DNA of 64,000 nucleotides. Source: Bacteroidales bacterium (GTDB lineage: Bacteria; Bacteroidota; Bacteroidia; Bacteroidales; G963667975). A model generated the notes under the pieces. The model ran no database searches, was not told the origin of the DNA, and saw only the letters and a list, made by a program, of their open reading frames with translations. The position numbers were made by a program, and so were the translations under genes. Positions 38,383 through 48,095 of the stretch are shown in pieces (within the stretch, counting starts at the first letter, position 1; each line of letters opens with the position of its first letter). The stretch lies in NCBI GenBank assembly GCA_963667975.1, contig OY764079.1, positions 1,182,760 through 1,246,759 of the forward strand, in the 5' to 3' direction.

Positions 38383-39990
38383 ATGAAACACAACAATTTT
38401 TTTAAGCAAATGCTTGCTTTTGTTGCGCTGTTACTTGCAGGGGGGGCTCTGATGGCCAATAACCTGCAAATCACTAATGTGAGCATTAGTGAACGCAACG
38501 ACGTTGAAAAATGGTGTACTATTAAGTTTACCCTCTCCTGGGAAAACTCTTTCCGTAACACGGAAAACTGGGATGCTGCCTGGATTTTTGTGAAATACCG
38601 TAAATATGGTGATATTTCTAATTTTAACCATGCTACTCTTTCGGATGCCGCGAATCATTCCGTGCCTTCCGGTTTCCAGATTACCCAGCCTTCTGATAAC
38701 AAAGGATTTTTTGTTTATCGTGATGCCGTTGGCAATGGTACGGCCACTCTCGACAGCGTGAAAGTACGCTGGAATTATGGTGCCGACAATGCCGACGTTA
38801 CTTCAAACATGGACTTAAAGGTGTTTGGGATCGAAATGGTGTATGTGCCCCAGGGCGAATTCTGGGTGGGCGACGGCTCTACTATGCAGGGTAACTGGGT
38901 AAACTCGGGTGGAAGTAATAATGTTTTAAGCGTATGGCCTTTTACAACCTCAGAAACGTATAATCAGGCAAATACGCTCCCGTTGCCTTATAAAATAACC
39001 AGCGAAAACGCGATACCATACAGTACGGCTGCAGGTGGTTTATATACACATAATGGTGGTTATGCATATCAAAGTTCATTGTCAAATATTCCGGCTCAGT
39101 TTCCCAAAGGGTACAATGCTTTTTATTGCATGAAAACCGAACTTACGCAAAAAGGTTATTGCGATTTTTTAAACACGCTTAACCGTACTATTCAGGTTGC
39201 TTTATGCAATGTCCCAAGTGATATTCCGAACGGGGGAGGGGCTATTGCTGGTGCTTACCGGTTTGTGATGGTTCGCAGTACAGCACCAAGCTACAGGAAT
39301 AATATTTGCCTGCCGCCTACTGTTCCGGCAGCTCCGGTTCCTTTAACTTTTTATTGCGATCAGGATAACGACAACGTGTATAATGAAACCAATGATGGCT
39401 TAACTCTGCCTGCAAACATGACATACCAGAGTGCGATGGAGCTTTACCTCAACTGGGCCTGCTTACGCGTTATGACCGAGTTTGAATATGAAAAAGCCTG
39501 CCGTGGCCCTGTGTACCCGGTACAGTACGAAATGGCATGGGGATCTCCTTATACGCAGGTAAATACAGGCTATAGCAGCTTTAGTAATTATAATACCGAC
39601 AGCGAAGCTCCTCCTGCATCTGATTCTGTAACCAATTTTTCAAATTATATAAACAGGGTGGGTGCTTTGGCTGCACGTGCCAACGCCACCCGTTTAAACA
39701 GCGGGGCAACCTATTGGGGGATCTTAAATATGAGTGATAACGGATATGAACCGGTTTGGGGCGTTTACTTTGACGGGAATAGAAACAACGTGACCAATGT
39801 ATGTGGTAACGGGATTGTGCATCCCACAAACTATGGACCAAGTGGTACGGCTTTTTATTCAGGGTATTATCCTAATATGAGAGGGGGACACTCTGGAACT
39901 TCTTATACGGTAAGTAGTAGACCTCTAATAACTTCTTACTTTGAAAACTTTAGTCAGAATAGTGCTATACGGGGAGTACGCCAGCCATAA
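38383..39990 (+). CDS. Secreted FGE/SUMF1-fold protein (GldJ/GldK-like), paralog 1
   Basis: Signal peptide, then IEMVYVPQGEFWVGDG, FYCMKTELTQKGYCDFLN and YWGILNMSDNGYEPV (FGE-sulfatase-type motifs), and a C-terminal AIRGVRQP. Confidence 0.7.
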   Translation: MKHNNFFKQMLAFVALLLAGGALMANNLQITNVSISERNDVEKWCTIKFTLSWENSFRNTENWDAAWIFVKYRKYGDISNFNHATLSDAANHSVPSGFQITQPSDNKGFFVYRDAVGNGTATLDSVKVRWNYGADNADVTSNMDLKVFGIEMVYVPQGEFWVGDGSTMQGNWVNSGGSNNVLSVWPFTTSETYNQANTLPLPYKITSENAIPYSTAAGGLYTHNGGYAYQSSLSNIPAQFPKGYNAFYCMKTELTQKGYCDFLNTLNRTIQVALCNVPSDIPNGGGAIAGAYRFVMVRSTAPSYRNNICLPPTVPAAPVPLTFYCDQDNDNVYNETNDGLTLPANMTYQSAMELYLNWACLRVMTEFEYEKACRGPVYPVQYEMAWGSPYTQVNTGYSSFSNYNTDSEAPPASDSVTNFSNYINRVGALAARANATRLNSGATYWGILNMSDNGYEPVWGVYFDGNRNNVTNVCGNGIVHPTNYGPSGTAFYSGYYPNMRGGHSGTSYTVSSRPLITSYFENFSQNSAIRGVRQP

Positions 39991-40058
39991 ACGTGAAAGA
40001 AGTTTATCTTTTGTAAAATACAGAAAACAAGATATATAAACATAATATTTATAAGTAT

Positions 40059-41642
40059 ATGAGTAATAAAATAGTATACAAGTTGTTATTTACGCTGCTT
40101 GCAGTGTTTCTGACTCTTACGGCCACCCGGGCAAACAACCTGAAGGTGGACAGCGTGAAAATAATATCGCGCAACGATGCGCAGCGTTATTGCATCGTGC
40201 AGCTTAACGTAAGCTGGGAAAACTCTTTCCGTACCAATATTGGCAGTTACGACAACTGGGATGCTGCCTGGGTATTTCTTAAATTCAAAAAAGCAAAAGA
40301 TTTTTACGGTGGATACAAACATTGTACACTGGGCGACTCTTCTACCCATGTAATCCCGGCCGGCTTTACCTATTCAGCTCCTGCCGATAAAAAAGGAATC
40401 TTTATCTATCGTGATTCACCGGGCAATGGAAACGTAACCATTAACCAAATTCAACTGCGCTGGGATTATGGCGTGGACGGGATGGATGTTACCAACAACG
40501 TGGACATTAAAGCCTTTGGTGTAGAAATGGTATGGGTGCCACAGGGCGAATATTATTTAGGCAGCGGGGGTACAGAACAATATAGCTTTACCAAGGCTCC
40601 GTGGAGCAGTGGTGCTACCACTCCGTATAAAGTAAGCAGCGAAGATACCATTCCGCTGGGCAACACAGCCGGCCAGCTTTACAGTACAGGAATTGCCGTT
40701 ACCGGAACTACTCTCCCTGCTGTATTCCCGAAAGGATACAAAGGGTTTTACTGTATGAAATATGAACTTTCGCAACAGGCCTACGCTGACTTTCTAAATA
40801 CCCTTACCCGCCCGCAGCAAAAATATATGAATAATTACAACCTCAATTATTGGGGAAATCAAAATCCATATTTAACACATACCAATGGGAATGGCTGGTA
40901 CCGTAATAATTTACGTACTGTTTTTGGAGGAAATAATACCGTAATTCAGGATACATTAACCCCTGCAGTATTTATTGTAGATGCAAACAATAATAGTACA
41001 GGTGGAGAAGCGAATGATGGCAAAGAAATTGCCATGACAATGATGCATACCAAGCAGTTGTGCGGTTATTTAGACTGGGCATGTTTACGCCCGATGACCG
41101 AGCTGGAATATACCAAAGCTGCCCGCGGAGTTGCCTACCCGGTTGCCAACGAGTTTGCCTGGGGCGGAACTACCCCCAACTCAATTACCGGTGTAACCAA
41201 TAACTATTATGCGAACGAAACGTATGCTGTCGCGGGGCAGAATATTGCTACCGGAACAACTTATAGTCAACCTACAAGAGGAGGATTTGCAGCCAATGCT
41301 ACCAGTACCCGCATCAGCAGTGGTGCCAGTTATTGGGGAATTATGGAACTGAGCGGCAATGCCGATGAAATGTGTATCGGTATTCAAAATGCTCAGGGTC
41401 GTGCATTTAACGGATTGTTGGGGAATGGTTTACTGGAAGATGGGTTGCCTTCTAACTGGGATTTGAATTGTGCATTTATTGCCAGAGGTGGAAGTACTCA
41501 AACGTCAGAAACAAATTGCCAGCTTGAATGGAGATATTGGCCTCAGACTTCATCTCCTTCACAAACGTCTCTAAATTTATACCCGGCCTATAATAACTTT
41601 ACCAGAGTGAATACAAGTGCCGGTATCAGGGGGGTAAGATAG
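40059..41642 (+). CDS. Secreted FGE/SUMF1-fold protein (GldJ/GldK-like), paralog 2
   Basis: Collinear with 38383..39990 through NNLKVDSVK...SWENSFR, VEMVWVPQGEYYLGSG, FYCMKYELSQQAYADFLN, YWGIMELSGNADEMC and AGIRGVR. Confidence 0.7.
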   Translation: MSNKIVYKLLFTLLAVFLTLTATRANNLKVDSVKIISRNDAQRYCIVQLNVSWENSFRTNIGSYDNWDAAWVFLKFKKAKDFYGGYKHCTLGDSSTHVIPAGFTYSAPADKKGIFIYRDSPGNGNVTINQIQLRWDYGVDGMDVTNNVDIKAFGVEMVWVPQGEYYLGSGGTEQYSFTKAPWSSGATTPYKVSSEDTIPLGNTAGQLYSTGIAVTGTTLPAVFPKGYKGFYCMKYELSQQAYADFLNTLTRPQQKYMNNYNLNYWGNQNPYLTHTNGNGWYRNNLRTVFGGNNTVIQDTLTPAVFIVDANNNSTGGEANDGKEIAMTMMHTKQLCGYLDWACLRPMTELEYTKAARGVAYPVANEFAWGGTTPNSITGVTNNYYANETYAVAGQNIATGTTYSQPTRGGFAANATSTRISSGASYWGIMELSGNADEMCIGIQNAQGRAFNGLLGNGLLEDGLPSNWDLNCAFIARGGSTQTSETNCQLEWRYWPQTSSPSQTSLNLYPAYNNFTRVNTSAGIRGVR

Positions 41643-41797
41643 TAAAAAAGGGAATGCAGGAAAGGATTGTGAGGGCAGGGCTTCAGGCAACAGCTCAACA
41701 GGGCAGGTTTTGCCGGGTTGCCATTGTAAATACAGCAACAGTTTAATGCTCTGTCCTCGTCTTCACCGCACAACAAACATTAACCAATCAAAGGAAA

Positions 41798-44700
41798 ATG
41801 AAAAACGTAAAGGATTCCGTAATTCAGGCAATCAGCGGGTTTAAACACCTTATACTTATTGCGTCTATTATTACCCTTGTAATGTTGTTCACATTACGAA
41901 TGGTAAATGGGCAAAATGCACGCTACCTGGGTGGATCCGGCAGTGGTTATTCTACTTCCTTTATCGGAAACTTAACTCCCAATACCGAATTACTTCAACG
42001 CAATAAATCGGGCAACGGAACTTATGTTTATGTTGCCGATGCTGCAAACCAGCAGCTTAGCCTTACGGTAAGCCAGGCTGCTATCCGCTTTTTGGGTGGC
42101 AGCAGCAGTGGATTTGCAGCAGCTATGCAAAACAATCAATCCGTGAACAGTGAGCTTGCTTCATGCAGCAAAGGAGGGAACGGATCAACAATCAGCGTTC
42201 TTGATTATTACTATTCACAAACCCCGGAGCAGGATATCTTAGCCCTTATGCGTTTTTATGGCGGTCAGGGCAGCGGTTATTCTTCTCAGCAACTTAGTAA
42301 CTTACAACTCAGCGGCGAGACGATCCTTCGCAGCAGAGGTGGAAATGGCCAAAGTGTAACCATGCAGGATTTACTCAATCAGTCAGTAAATCTGGTTGCT
42401 ACATCGGCTTTTACCCGTTTTTATGGCGGCAATGGAAATGGATTTTCAAATCAAATTTTTGCAAATACCCTGCTCAACAGCGAGTTTTTAGCCCGCAACA
42501 AAGGAGGCAATGGAAACAGCCTCTCTGTGCAGGATTTTTACTATTCACAAACTCCGGAGCAGGATATCTTAGCCCTTATGCGTTTTTATGGCGGTCAGGG
42601 CAGTGGATATTCCAATCAAATTGCGGGCAACAATACGCTAAACAGCGAGTTTTTGTTGCGCAATAAGAGCGGGAATGGAAATAGTATCAGCATGTTTGAA
42701 TTGCAAAATCAATTGATTAATAACACTGTGCCTTTCACGTTTGTACGTTACTACGGGGGTTCTGGCAATGGCTATAACACCCAGCTTGCAAGCAATGCCC
42801 CGCTCAACAGCGAGTTTATGGCTCGTAACAAGAGTGGCAACGGAACCAGCATCACGATGCAGGATTTGCTCAACCAGCAAATCAGCCCGTTGGGTCCGCT
42901 CACCTGGTTGCGTTTTTATGGCGGTCAGGGGAATGGCTATAGTGCCCAGCTTACAAGCAATGCCCCGCTCAACAGCGAGTTTATGGCTCGTAACAAGAGT
43001 GGCAACGGAACCAGCATCACGATGCAGGATTTGCTTAACCAGCAAATCAGTCCGCTGGGTCCGCTCACCTGGTTACGTTTTTATGGCGGTCAGGGGAATG
43101 GCTATAGCACGCAAATGGCTGGCAATAGTCAGGTAAATAGTGAATATAGCCCGCGTAACATTGGAGGTATGGGTACAAGCATTACCATGCAGGACTTTTT
43201 CTATTCACAAACCCCGCAGCAGGATATCCTGACTCTTATCCGTTTTTATGGCGGTCAGGGCAACGGTTATTCAAACCAGTTGGCAGGCAATACCACTGCA
43301 AACAGTGCGTATTTGCTGCGCAACAAAAGCGGGAATGGAAATAGTATTGCCGTGCAGGATTTGCTTAACCAACCCATTAGTCCCAATGCAGGCTTATCGG
43401 CTTTGCGTTTTTATGGCGGATCCGGCAATGGCTATAGTACGCAAATAGCAAGTAATAATCAACCCAACGGCGAATTTGTTTTGCGAAATAAAAGTGGCAA
43501 TGGAACCACAATTACCATGCAGGATTTACTTAACCAACCCATCAGTCCCAATGCAGGCTTATCGGCCTTGCGTTTTTACGGAGGCTCAGGGAATGGTTAT
43601 GGCAATTTATTAGCCAGCAATCAGGCGGGAAATATGTCTTTCATAGCACGAAGTAAATTTGGAACAGGAACCCCAATCACGTTCAGTGATTTGACGAATC
43701 AAAGCATCAGTACCTCTGCCACCATCAGCTTTATGCGATTCTTAGGCGGTACAGGGAATGGATATTGTGCCAATACACAGCCCAATCAGTCGGCCAATCT
43801 GGCCTACATATCACGCAATATGTTTGCCAGCGGCAATAGTATTGCAATGATTGGTTTGAGCAATGTAAATCTGGCAAATGTTTATATATGGTGCGGAGGC
43901 GTTAGCAGGAAATGGGGAGTTGCCGGTAACTGGATAAAACCAGCCGGAAATACTCTTGATATACCTATCGGAGCAGGAGTAACCGCAAAGATTACCACCA
44001 CAGGTATAAAACCCGAAATTGATGAATCCGTAACTATTGAAAAAATAGTATTTGATACAAATTCAAAATTAAAAGTGTTGCCAGGCGGACAGTTAACTGT
44101 TTCAAATCTGGTAAACGACAAAGATACAGTGGTTGTATTGGTGTCGGACAGCACTGGAACTGGTTCATTAATTGCAAACAATACAAATGCACATGCAACG
44201 GTACAGCGTTATGTAAAAGGATGGACTTCTTATCCGGCAAATTTACAGGGCACTTACGGATGGCATCTTTTAAGCAGTCCGGTAGCTTCACAAGCTTACC
44301 AACCTGTTTTTGTGGCCAATCCACCATCGGCACGTGAAGACTTCTATATGTGGAGAGAAACAGATATCACCTGGAGAAATTCAAAGGTAGGTACTGCTGC
44401 TCCTTATACGTTCAATAGTACAGAATTTGGGACTGCCTTTCACAAGGGAACGGGCTATTTGTGTTCGTATGATTCTACCAGTGTAAAAGAGTTTAAAGGT
44501 GCAGTAAATGTTGATAGTGTAGTGTTTACAGGATTAACATTGAGCGGACCAATAACAAATAACCTGTCAGGCTGGCATTTGTTAGGGAATCCTTACCCGT
44601 CAGCTCTTCGTTGGAATTATACGGTAAACAGATGGAATAAAACCAATATCGCAAGCAAAGCCAAGGTATGGAATGAACAGGCCGCAAGTTATAAAGACAT

Positions 44701-45499
44701 AGCTGCCGGCGATTACATCCCGGCTATGCAAGGCTTTATGGTACAGGTTACTGATTCTGTAAATAAGGGATCAATTACCATTCCGGCTGTTGACAGAGAA
44801 CATTCTGCCTCAAACTGGTACAAAAGCTCTTCGACAGAAAACATTGTACTAAGCGTGAAAAATCTTGCCCAGGGTACTTATCAGGAATCAGTTATTGGGT
44901 TCGACAGTGATGCCGATAACGGGTATGATACAGAATATGACAGTCACTTCTTACCGGGCTTTGCATCCGCATTCTATACCTGTGTCGACAATCATAAATT
45001 ATCGTCAAATATCTATAACTCGTTCGATACTACGTTGGTAATTACTACAGGTTTTGAACCGGGGATGAATGGTATGTACAGTTTTAAAGCGACTGATTTG
45101 GATGCAGTGCTGCCTTTGGGAACCATCGCGTTACTGGAAGATTTGAAAAATGGTACAACCTACAATCTTAGCCAGAACAATACTTACAACTTTACCGCAT
45201 CGGTAAATGATCATACAAAACGTTTCCGTATCCGTTTCACAGGAAATGCTACCGGTATTACAGAACATGATTTGGAAGATGATATAAAAGTATCATACGA
45301 CGACAATCATATTATCATAAATTCTGAAAACAGGGTGAAGGAGATATCGGTATATAATCTGCTGGGACAAAGAATATATAATACAAATGTAAGCAGATCA
45401 GGATTGATAAGCTTGCCATTTACAGGCAATACTGCTTACTACTTTGTAAATATAATTACGGATAAGAGTACCCGAACTTATAAAGTTTATGTACATTAA
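41798..45499 (+). CDS. T9SS-secreted repeat protein (12 x ~55-aa Gly/Asn/Tyr-rich repeats + conserved C-terminal module + Por-type CTD)
   Basis: 1233 aa with an N-terminal signal/anchor and 12 copies of R(F/Y)(Y/L)GG.G.G(Y/F). The C-terminus ISVYNLLGQRIY...YYFVNIITDKSTRTYKVYVH resembles the type-A T9SS sorting domain. Confidence 0.8.
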   Translation: MKNVKDSVIQAISGFKHLILIASIITLVMLFTLRMVNGQNARYLGGSGSGYSTSFIGNLTPNTELLQRNKSGNGTYVYVADAANQQLSLTVSQAAIRFLGGSSSGFAAAMQNNQSVNSELASCSKGGNGSTISVLDYYYSQTPEQDILALMRFYGGQGSGYSSQQLSNLQLSGETILRSRGGNGQSVTMQDLLNQSVNLVATSAFTRFYGGNGNGFSNQIFANTLLNSEFLARNKGGNGNSLSVQDFYYSQTPEQDILALMRFYGGQGSGYSNQIAGNNTLNSEFLLRNKSGNGNSISMFELQNQLINNTVPFTFVRYYGGSGNGYNTQLASNAPLNSEFMARNKSGNGTSITMQDLLNQQISPLGPLTWLRFYGGQGNGYSAQLTSNAPLNSEFMARNKSGNGTSITMQDLLNQQISPLGPLTWLRFYGGQGNGYSTQMAGNSQVNSEYSPRNIGGMGTSITMQDFFYSQTPQQDILTLIRFYGGQGNGYSNQLAGNTTANSAYLLRNKSGNGNSIAVQDLLNQPISPNAGLSALRFYGGSGNGYSTQIASNNQPNGEFVLRNKSGNGTTITMQDLLNQPISPNAGLSALRFYGGSGNGYGNLLASNQAGNMSFIARSKFGTGTPITFSDLTNQSISTSATISFMRFLGGTGNGYCANTQPNQSANLAYISRNMFASGNSIAMIGLSNVNLANVYIWCGGVSRKWGVAGNWIKPAGNTLDIPIGAGVTAKITTTGIKPEIDESVTIEKIVFDTNSKLKVLPGGQLTVSNLVNDKDTVVVLVSDSTGTGSLIANNTNAHATVQRYVKGWTSYPANLQGTYGWHLLSSPVASQAYQPVFVANPPSAREDFYMWRETDITWRNSKVGTAAPYTFNSTEFGTAFHKGTGYLCSYDSTSVKEFKGAVNVDSVVFTGLTLSGPITNNLSGWHLLGNPYPSALRWNYTVNRWNKTNIASKAKVWNEQAASYKDIAAGDYIPAMQGFMVQVTDSVNKGSITIPAVDREHSASNWYKSSSTENIVLSVKNLAQGTYQESVIGFDSDADNGYDTEYDSHFLPGFASAFYTCVDNHKLSSNIYNSFDTTLVITTGFEPGMNGMYSFKATDLDAVLPLGTIALLEDLKNGTTYNLSQNNTYNFTASVNDHTKRFRIRFTGNATGITEHDLEDDIKVSYDDNHIIINSENRVKEISVYNLLGQRIYNTNVSRSGLISLPFTGNTAYYFVNIITDKSTRTYKVYVH
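41921..43900 (+). repeat. Tandem 165-bp coding repeats (12 units, some near-identical)
   Basis: The units at 42791 and 42956 differ at 4 positions over about 150 nt. Further near-identical stretches occur at 42203 vs 42533 and at about 43340 vs about 43505. Confidence 0.85.
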
Positions 45500-45511
45500 A
45501 AAATACTGAAA

Positions 45512-45811
45512 ATGATAGGCATGAATAAAAAATCGAAAGCATTAAATGCAATTGTAATGAAAGTAGTATTCACCATTACTTCAGTATTTCTTCTGATAAG
45601 CGAAACCCTTGCACAACCCCTGCCCCCCGGAGCCGGAGGGGCACCCGGGGGAGGGCATGGGGCCCCCGGAAATCCAAGCGGTGGTGCCGCTCCCTTAGAG
45701 GGCGGTTTTGCAATCCTCTTAGCTCTTGCAGTTATCTATCTGTTGAACAGATATTATACGATGAAGTATAAATCTGAACATAAAGATATAACGGAGAAAT
45801 CCGAATTTTAA
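45512..45811 (+). CDS. Small bitopic protein with Pro/Gly-rich linker
   Basis: 99 aa with an N-terminal hydrophobic segment, PLPPGAGGAPGGGHGAPGNPSGGAAPLEGG, a second TM helix (FAILLALAVIYLL) and a charged tail. It lies 13 nt after the repeat-protein stop. Confidence 0.6.
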   Translation: MIGMNKKSKALNAIVMKVVFTITSVFLLISETLAQPLPPGAGGAPGGGHGAPGNPSGGAAPLEGGFAILLALAVIYLLNRYYTMKYKSEHKDITEKSEF

Positions 45812-46913
45812 AAACAGATGATATGCCTCAAATACTCTTATCTTAAAATACATAAAAACAGATATTCGTATTTTGTTAACATTATTTTTTAGATAAGAGT
45901 ATTTTGGTATATTTGAAACCGGAAAAAGAAATTAAGTAGTGCGAACTCTTCTTTAATAATATCTGATATTTGTCAAATTTGTTTATTGGCAGCAATAATA
46001 TTAAACAAGTGTTTGTATCCATAATTACGAAAATTACGTTTATTAACAAAAGAATTATATCAATGTAAGATTGGTTTATATTAAAGGGGCTAAACCGATT
46101 TTGACACAATTGAAATCTGATGATGCTGATTTGTTTGAATTTCAAGTAAGTTGAGCCAATTGCAAGGCGTAATTTAAATAAAGAATAATTCAAATGTATA
46201 GAAGAACTTTTAAAAAAGAAAGAATAGATCAAATGGAGTGTTGTTCTAATATTTGTTTTTTAATAGATACTTACCGGATGATGGAGCAACATATAATTAC
46301 AAAACAATAAATATAAAGATCATTCAATGTGCCATTCGATTATTCTTTCATGTGCAGTTAATTTCTCCTTGATATTTTTTAGCAAGAATGGTATAAAAAT
46401 ATAGAAAATAGATACTTACAAAATAAGATGCCTATGGAATAAAAAGAAACACAGCGTTATACGATTTTGCATTGGAACATGCATAATAATGGTACAAAAG
46501 CATTTTTTTGATTTCGACCTTGTTGCAATGTGAACAGTATAAAAAATTTCTTCCAAAACCACACATTTTGTGAACCTCATCAATTCGTAGCCGATGTGTG
46601 GTTTTGAGAAAAGTGAAAACACATTAATTTTTTAATTGGTACATTAAATACACACACATGAAACTAACGAGAAATAGAGTAGAAAACAGTAGTATTGAAA
46701 AAATGCAATATCTTGTAATAATCAGAATCTAACAATTAAACACCGTAGCCATGAATATTAAACACAAAGAATTTAAAATGAAAAATATTCAGGGTATAAA
46801 AGTGTTTGGTTGTTTTTTACAGTTGGTACAGTAAAAGTTACATTCTGAAAATGCCTGTGAAAGCAGACCTCTAATGAATGTATGTATTAGTAATTAAAAT
46901 CACTGTATTAACT

Positions 46914-47708
46914 ATGAAATTTTTATCAAGCAATAAAAACTCTGAATTTAAAAGAGAAAAAGTAATCAATAAGTATTACAGAGTCCTGACGGCAAATATA
47001 CTGATAAGCACGTGCATATATTCTATGAATCCTACTTCGGAGCTCTTTTTATATGGACTCTTGCTTTTTGTATTTGTGCTGGTTATACATTATTTCTTTT
47101 ATATAACCCGGGGGGAGTTTTTTATATTAAACATATTGAATTATATAAAAGCTGGTAATTCCGGAGATATTTCGAGAAAAAATCAAAATCTTGACGACGA
47201 AGGAACAGATCAATTTTGTGTTGAAACTGTTCCTGCAATTACAGCAGCGTTTTATGACAGTAGCCAATATCAGAATATGACAATCAGTACAGAAATAAAA
47301 TATAATCAAACGAGCTCGTTAAGTGATGATTGCAGAAAAAAAAGCAAACTGCCGGATTGTCATACCGCGATACTTCAAAAGCTACTTTATGAGCTGGAGG
47401 TGGAAAAGGTATATCTGGATACCAATCTTACAATAGAATTACTGGCAAAAAAACTGGGAACGAACAGGTCTTATTTGTCCGTAATTATTATGAACCATTA
47501 CCACAAAAACTTTCGACAGCTTATTAACGAATACCGTATAAAACAAGCTCTGGAATTAATTGCTGGTGACGCTGTTAAAAACCTGACAATAGAAGGATTG
47601 GGACATGAAGTTGGCTTTAAACACTCTTCTTCGTTCCGGATGGCTTTTCATAAGCATACCGGAAGACCTCCATCCTTTTTTGTAAAGTATATTGTAGTCG
47701 GATCTTAA
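46914..47708 (+). CDS. Membrane-anchored AraC-type HTH regulator
   Basis: Two N-terminal TM helices and a C-terminal AraC HTH (LTIELLAKKLGTNRSYLSVII ... GLGHEVGFKHSSSFRMAFHKHTG). The start is uncertain (46878 or 46914). Confidence 0.7.
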   Translation: MKFLSSNKNSEFKREKVINKYYRVLTANILISTCIYSMNPTSELFLYGLLLFVFVLVIHYFFYITRGEFFILNILNYIKAGNSGDISRKNQNLDDEGTDQFCVETVPAITAAFYDSSQYQNMTISTEIKYNQTSSLSDDCRKKSKLPDCHTAILQKLLYELEVEKVYLDTNLTIELLAKKLGTNRSYLSVIIMNHYHKNFRQLINEYRIKQALELIAGDAVKNLTIEGLGHEVGFKHSSSFRMAFHKHTGRPPSFFVKYIVVGS

Positions 47709-48095
47709 AAGGAAGGAATGTGAGTAGTATTGAAAGAAGCTGGTAAATAATGTTTCATCAAAAGTAAATCGTATTGAAAAGGCGATTTGTGAAATTGAGT
47801 ATTTCAAAGCTTCTTTCAGTGGGATGGAAATCGTTTGTTAAAAGAATAGTGGAAATGAGAATATTACTTGTGCGAAAATATATCGCATCGTCCAAACTAT
47901 GCTCTTTTTTAACGCCATTATTGAATGTAATTAATGCAAAAACATTATACACAGGGATTATTTGCAGAACCCCTGTCTGTTATAAATGATGGGACACTGT
48001 ACGGGAAAAGTTCCGGACTAAATTAGAATTCACGTTGCGATAACAGCCCCCCATCTCTGTCAGTTTTGTTATCAAATCAATCAATCTTAAAACGA

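Noticed and set aside
42638-43448. ORFs 42638..43045 (-), 42741..43136 (+) and 43248..43448 (+)
   Set aside because: These are shadow frames generated by the 165-bp tandem repeats inside the 1233-aa gene. Their own sequences are just the repeat read out of frame or antisense.
41921-43900. Possible ice-nucleation-protein-like repeats (GYS.Q resembling AGYGSTQT)
   Set aside because: The period is 55 aa rather than 16/48 aa, and the consensus differs outside three residues. The resemblance is superficial.
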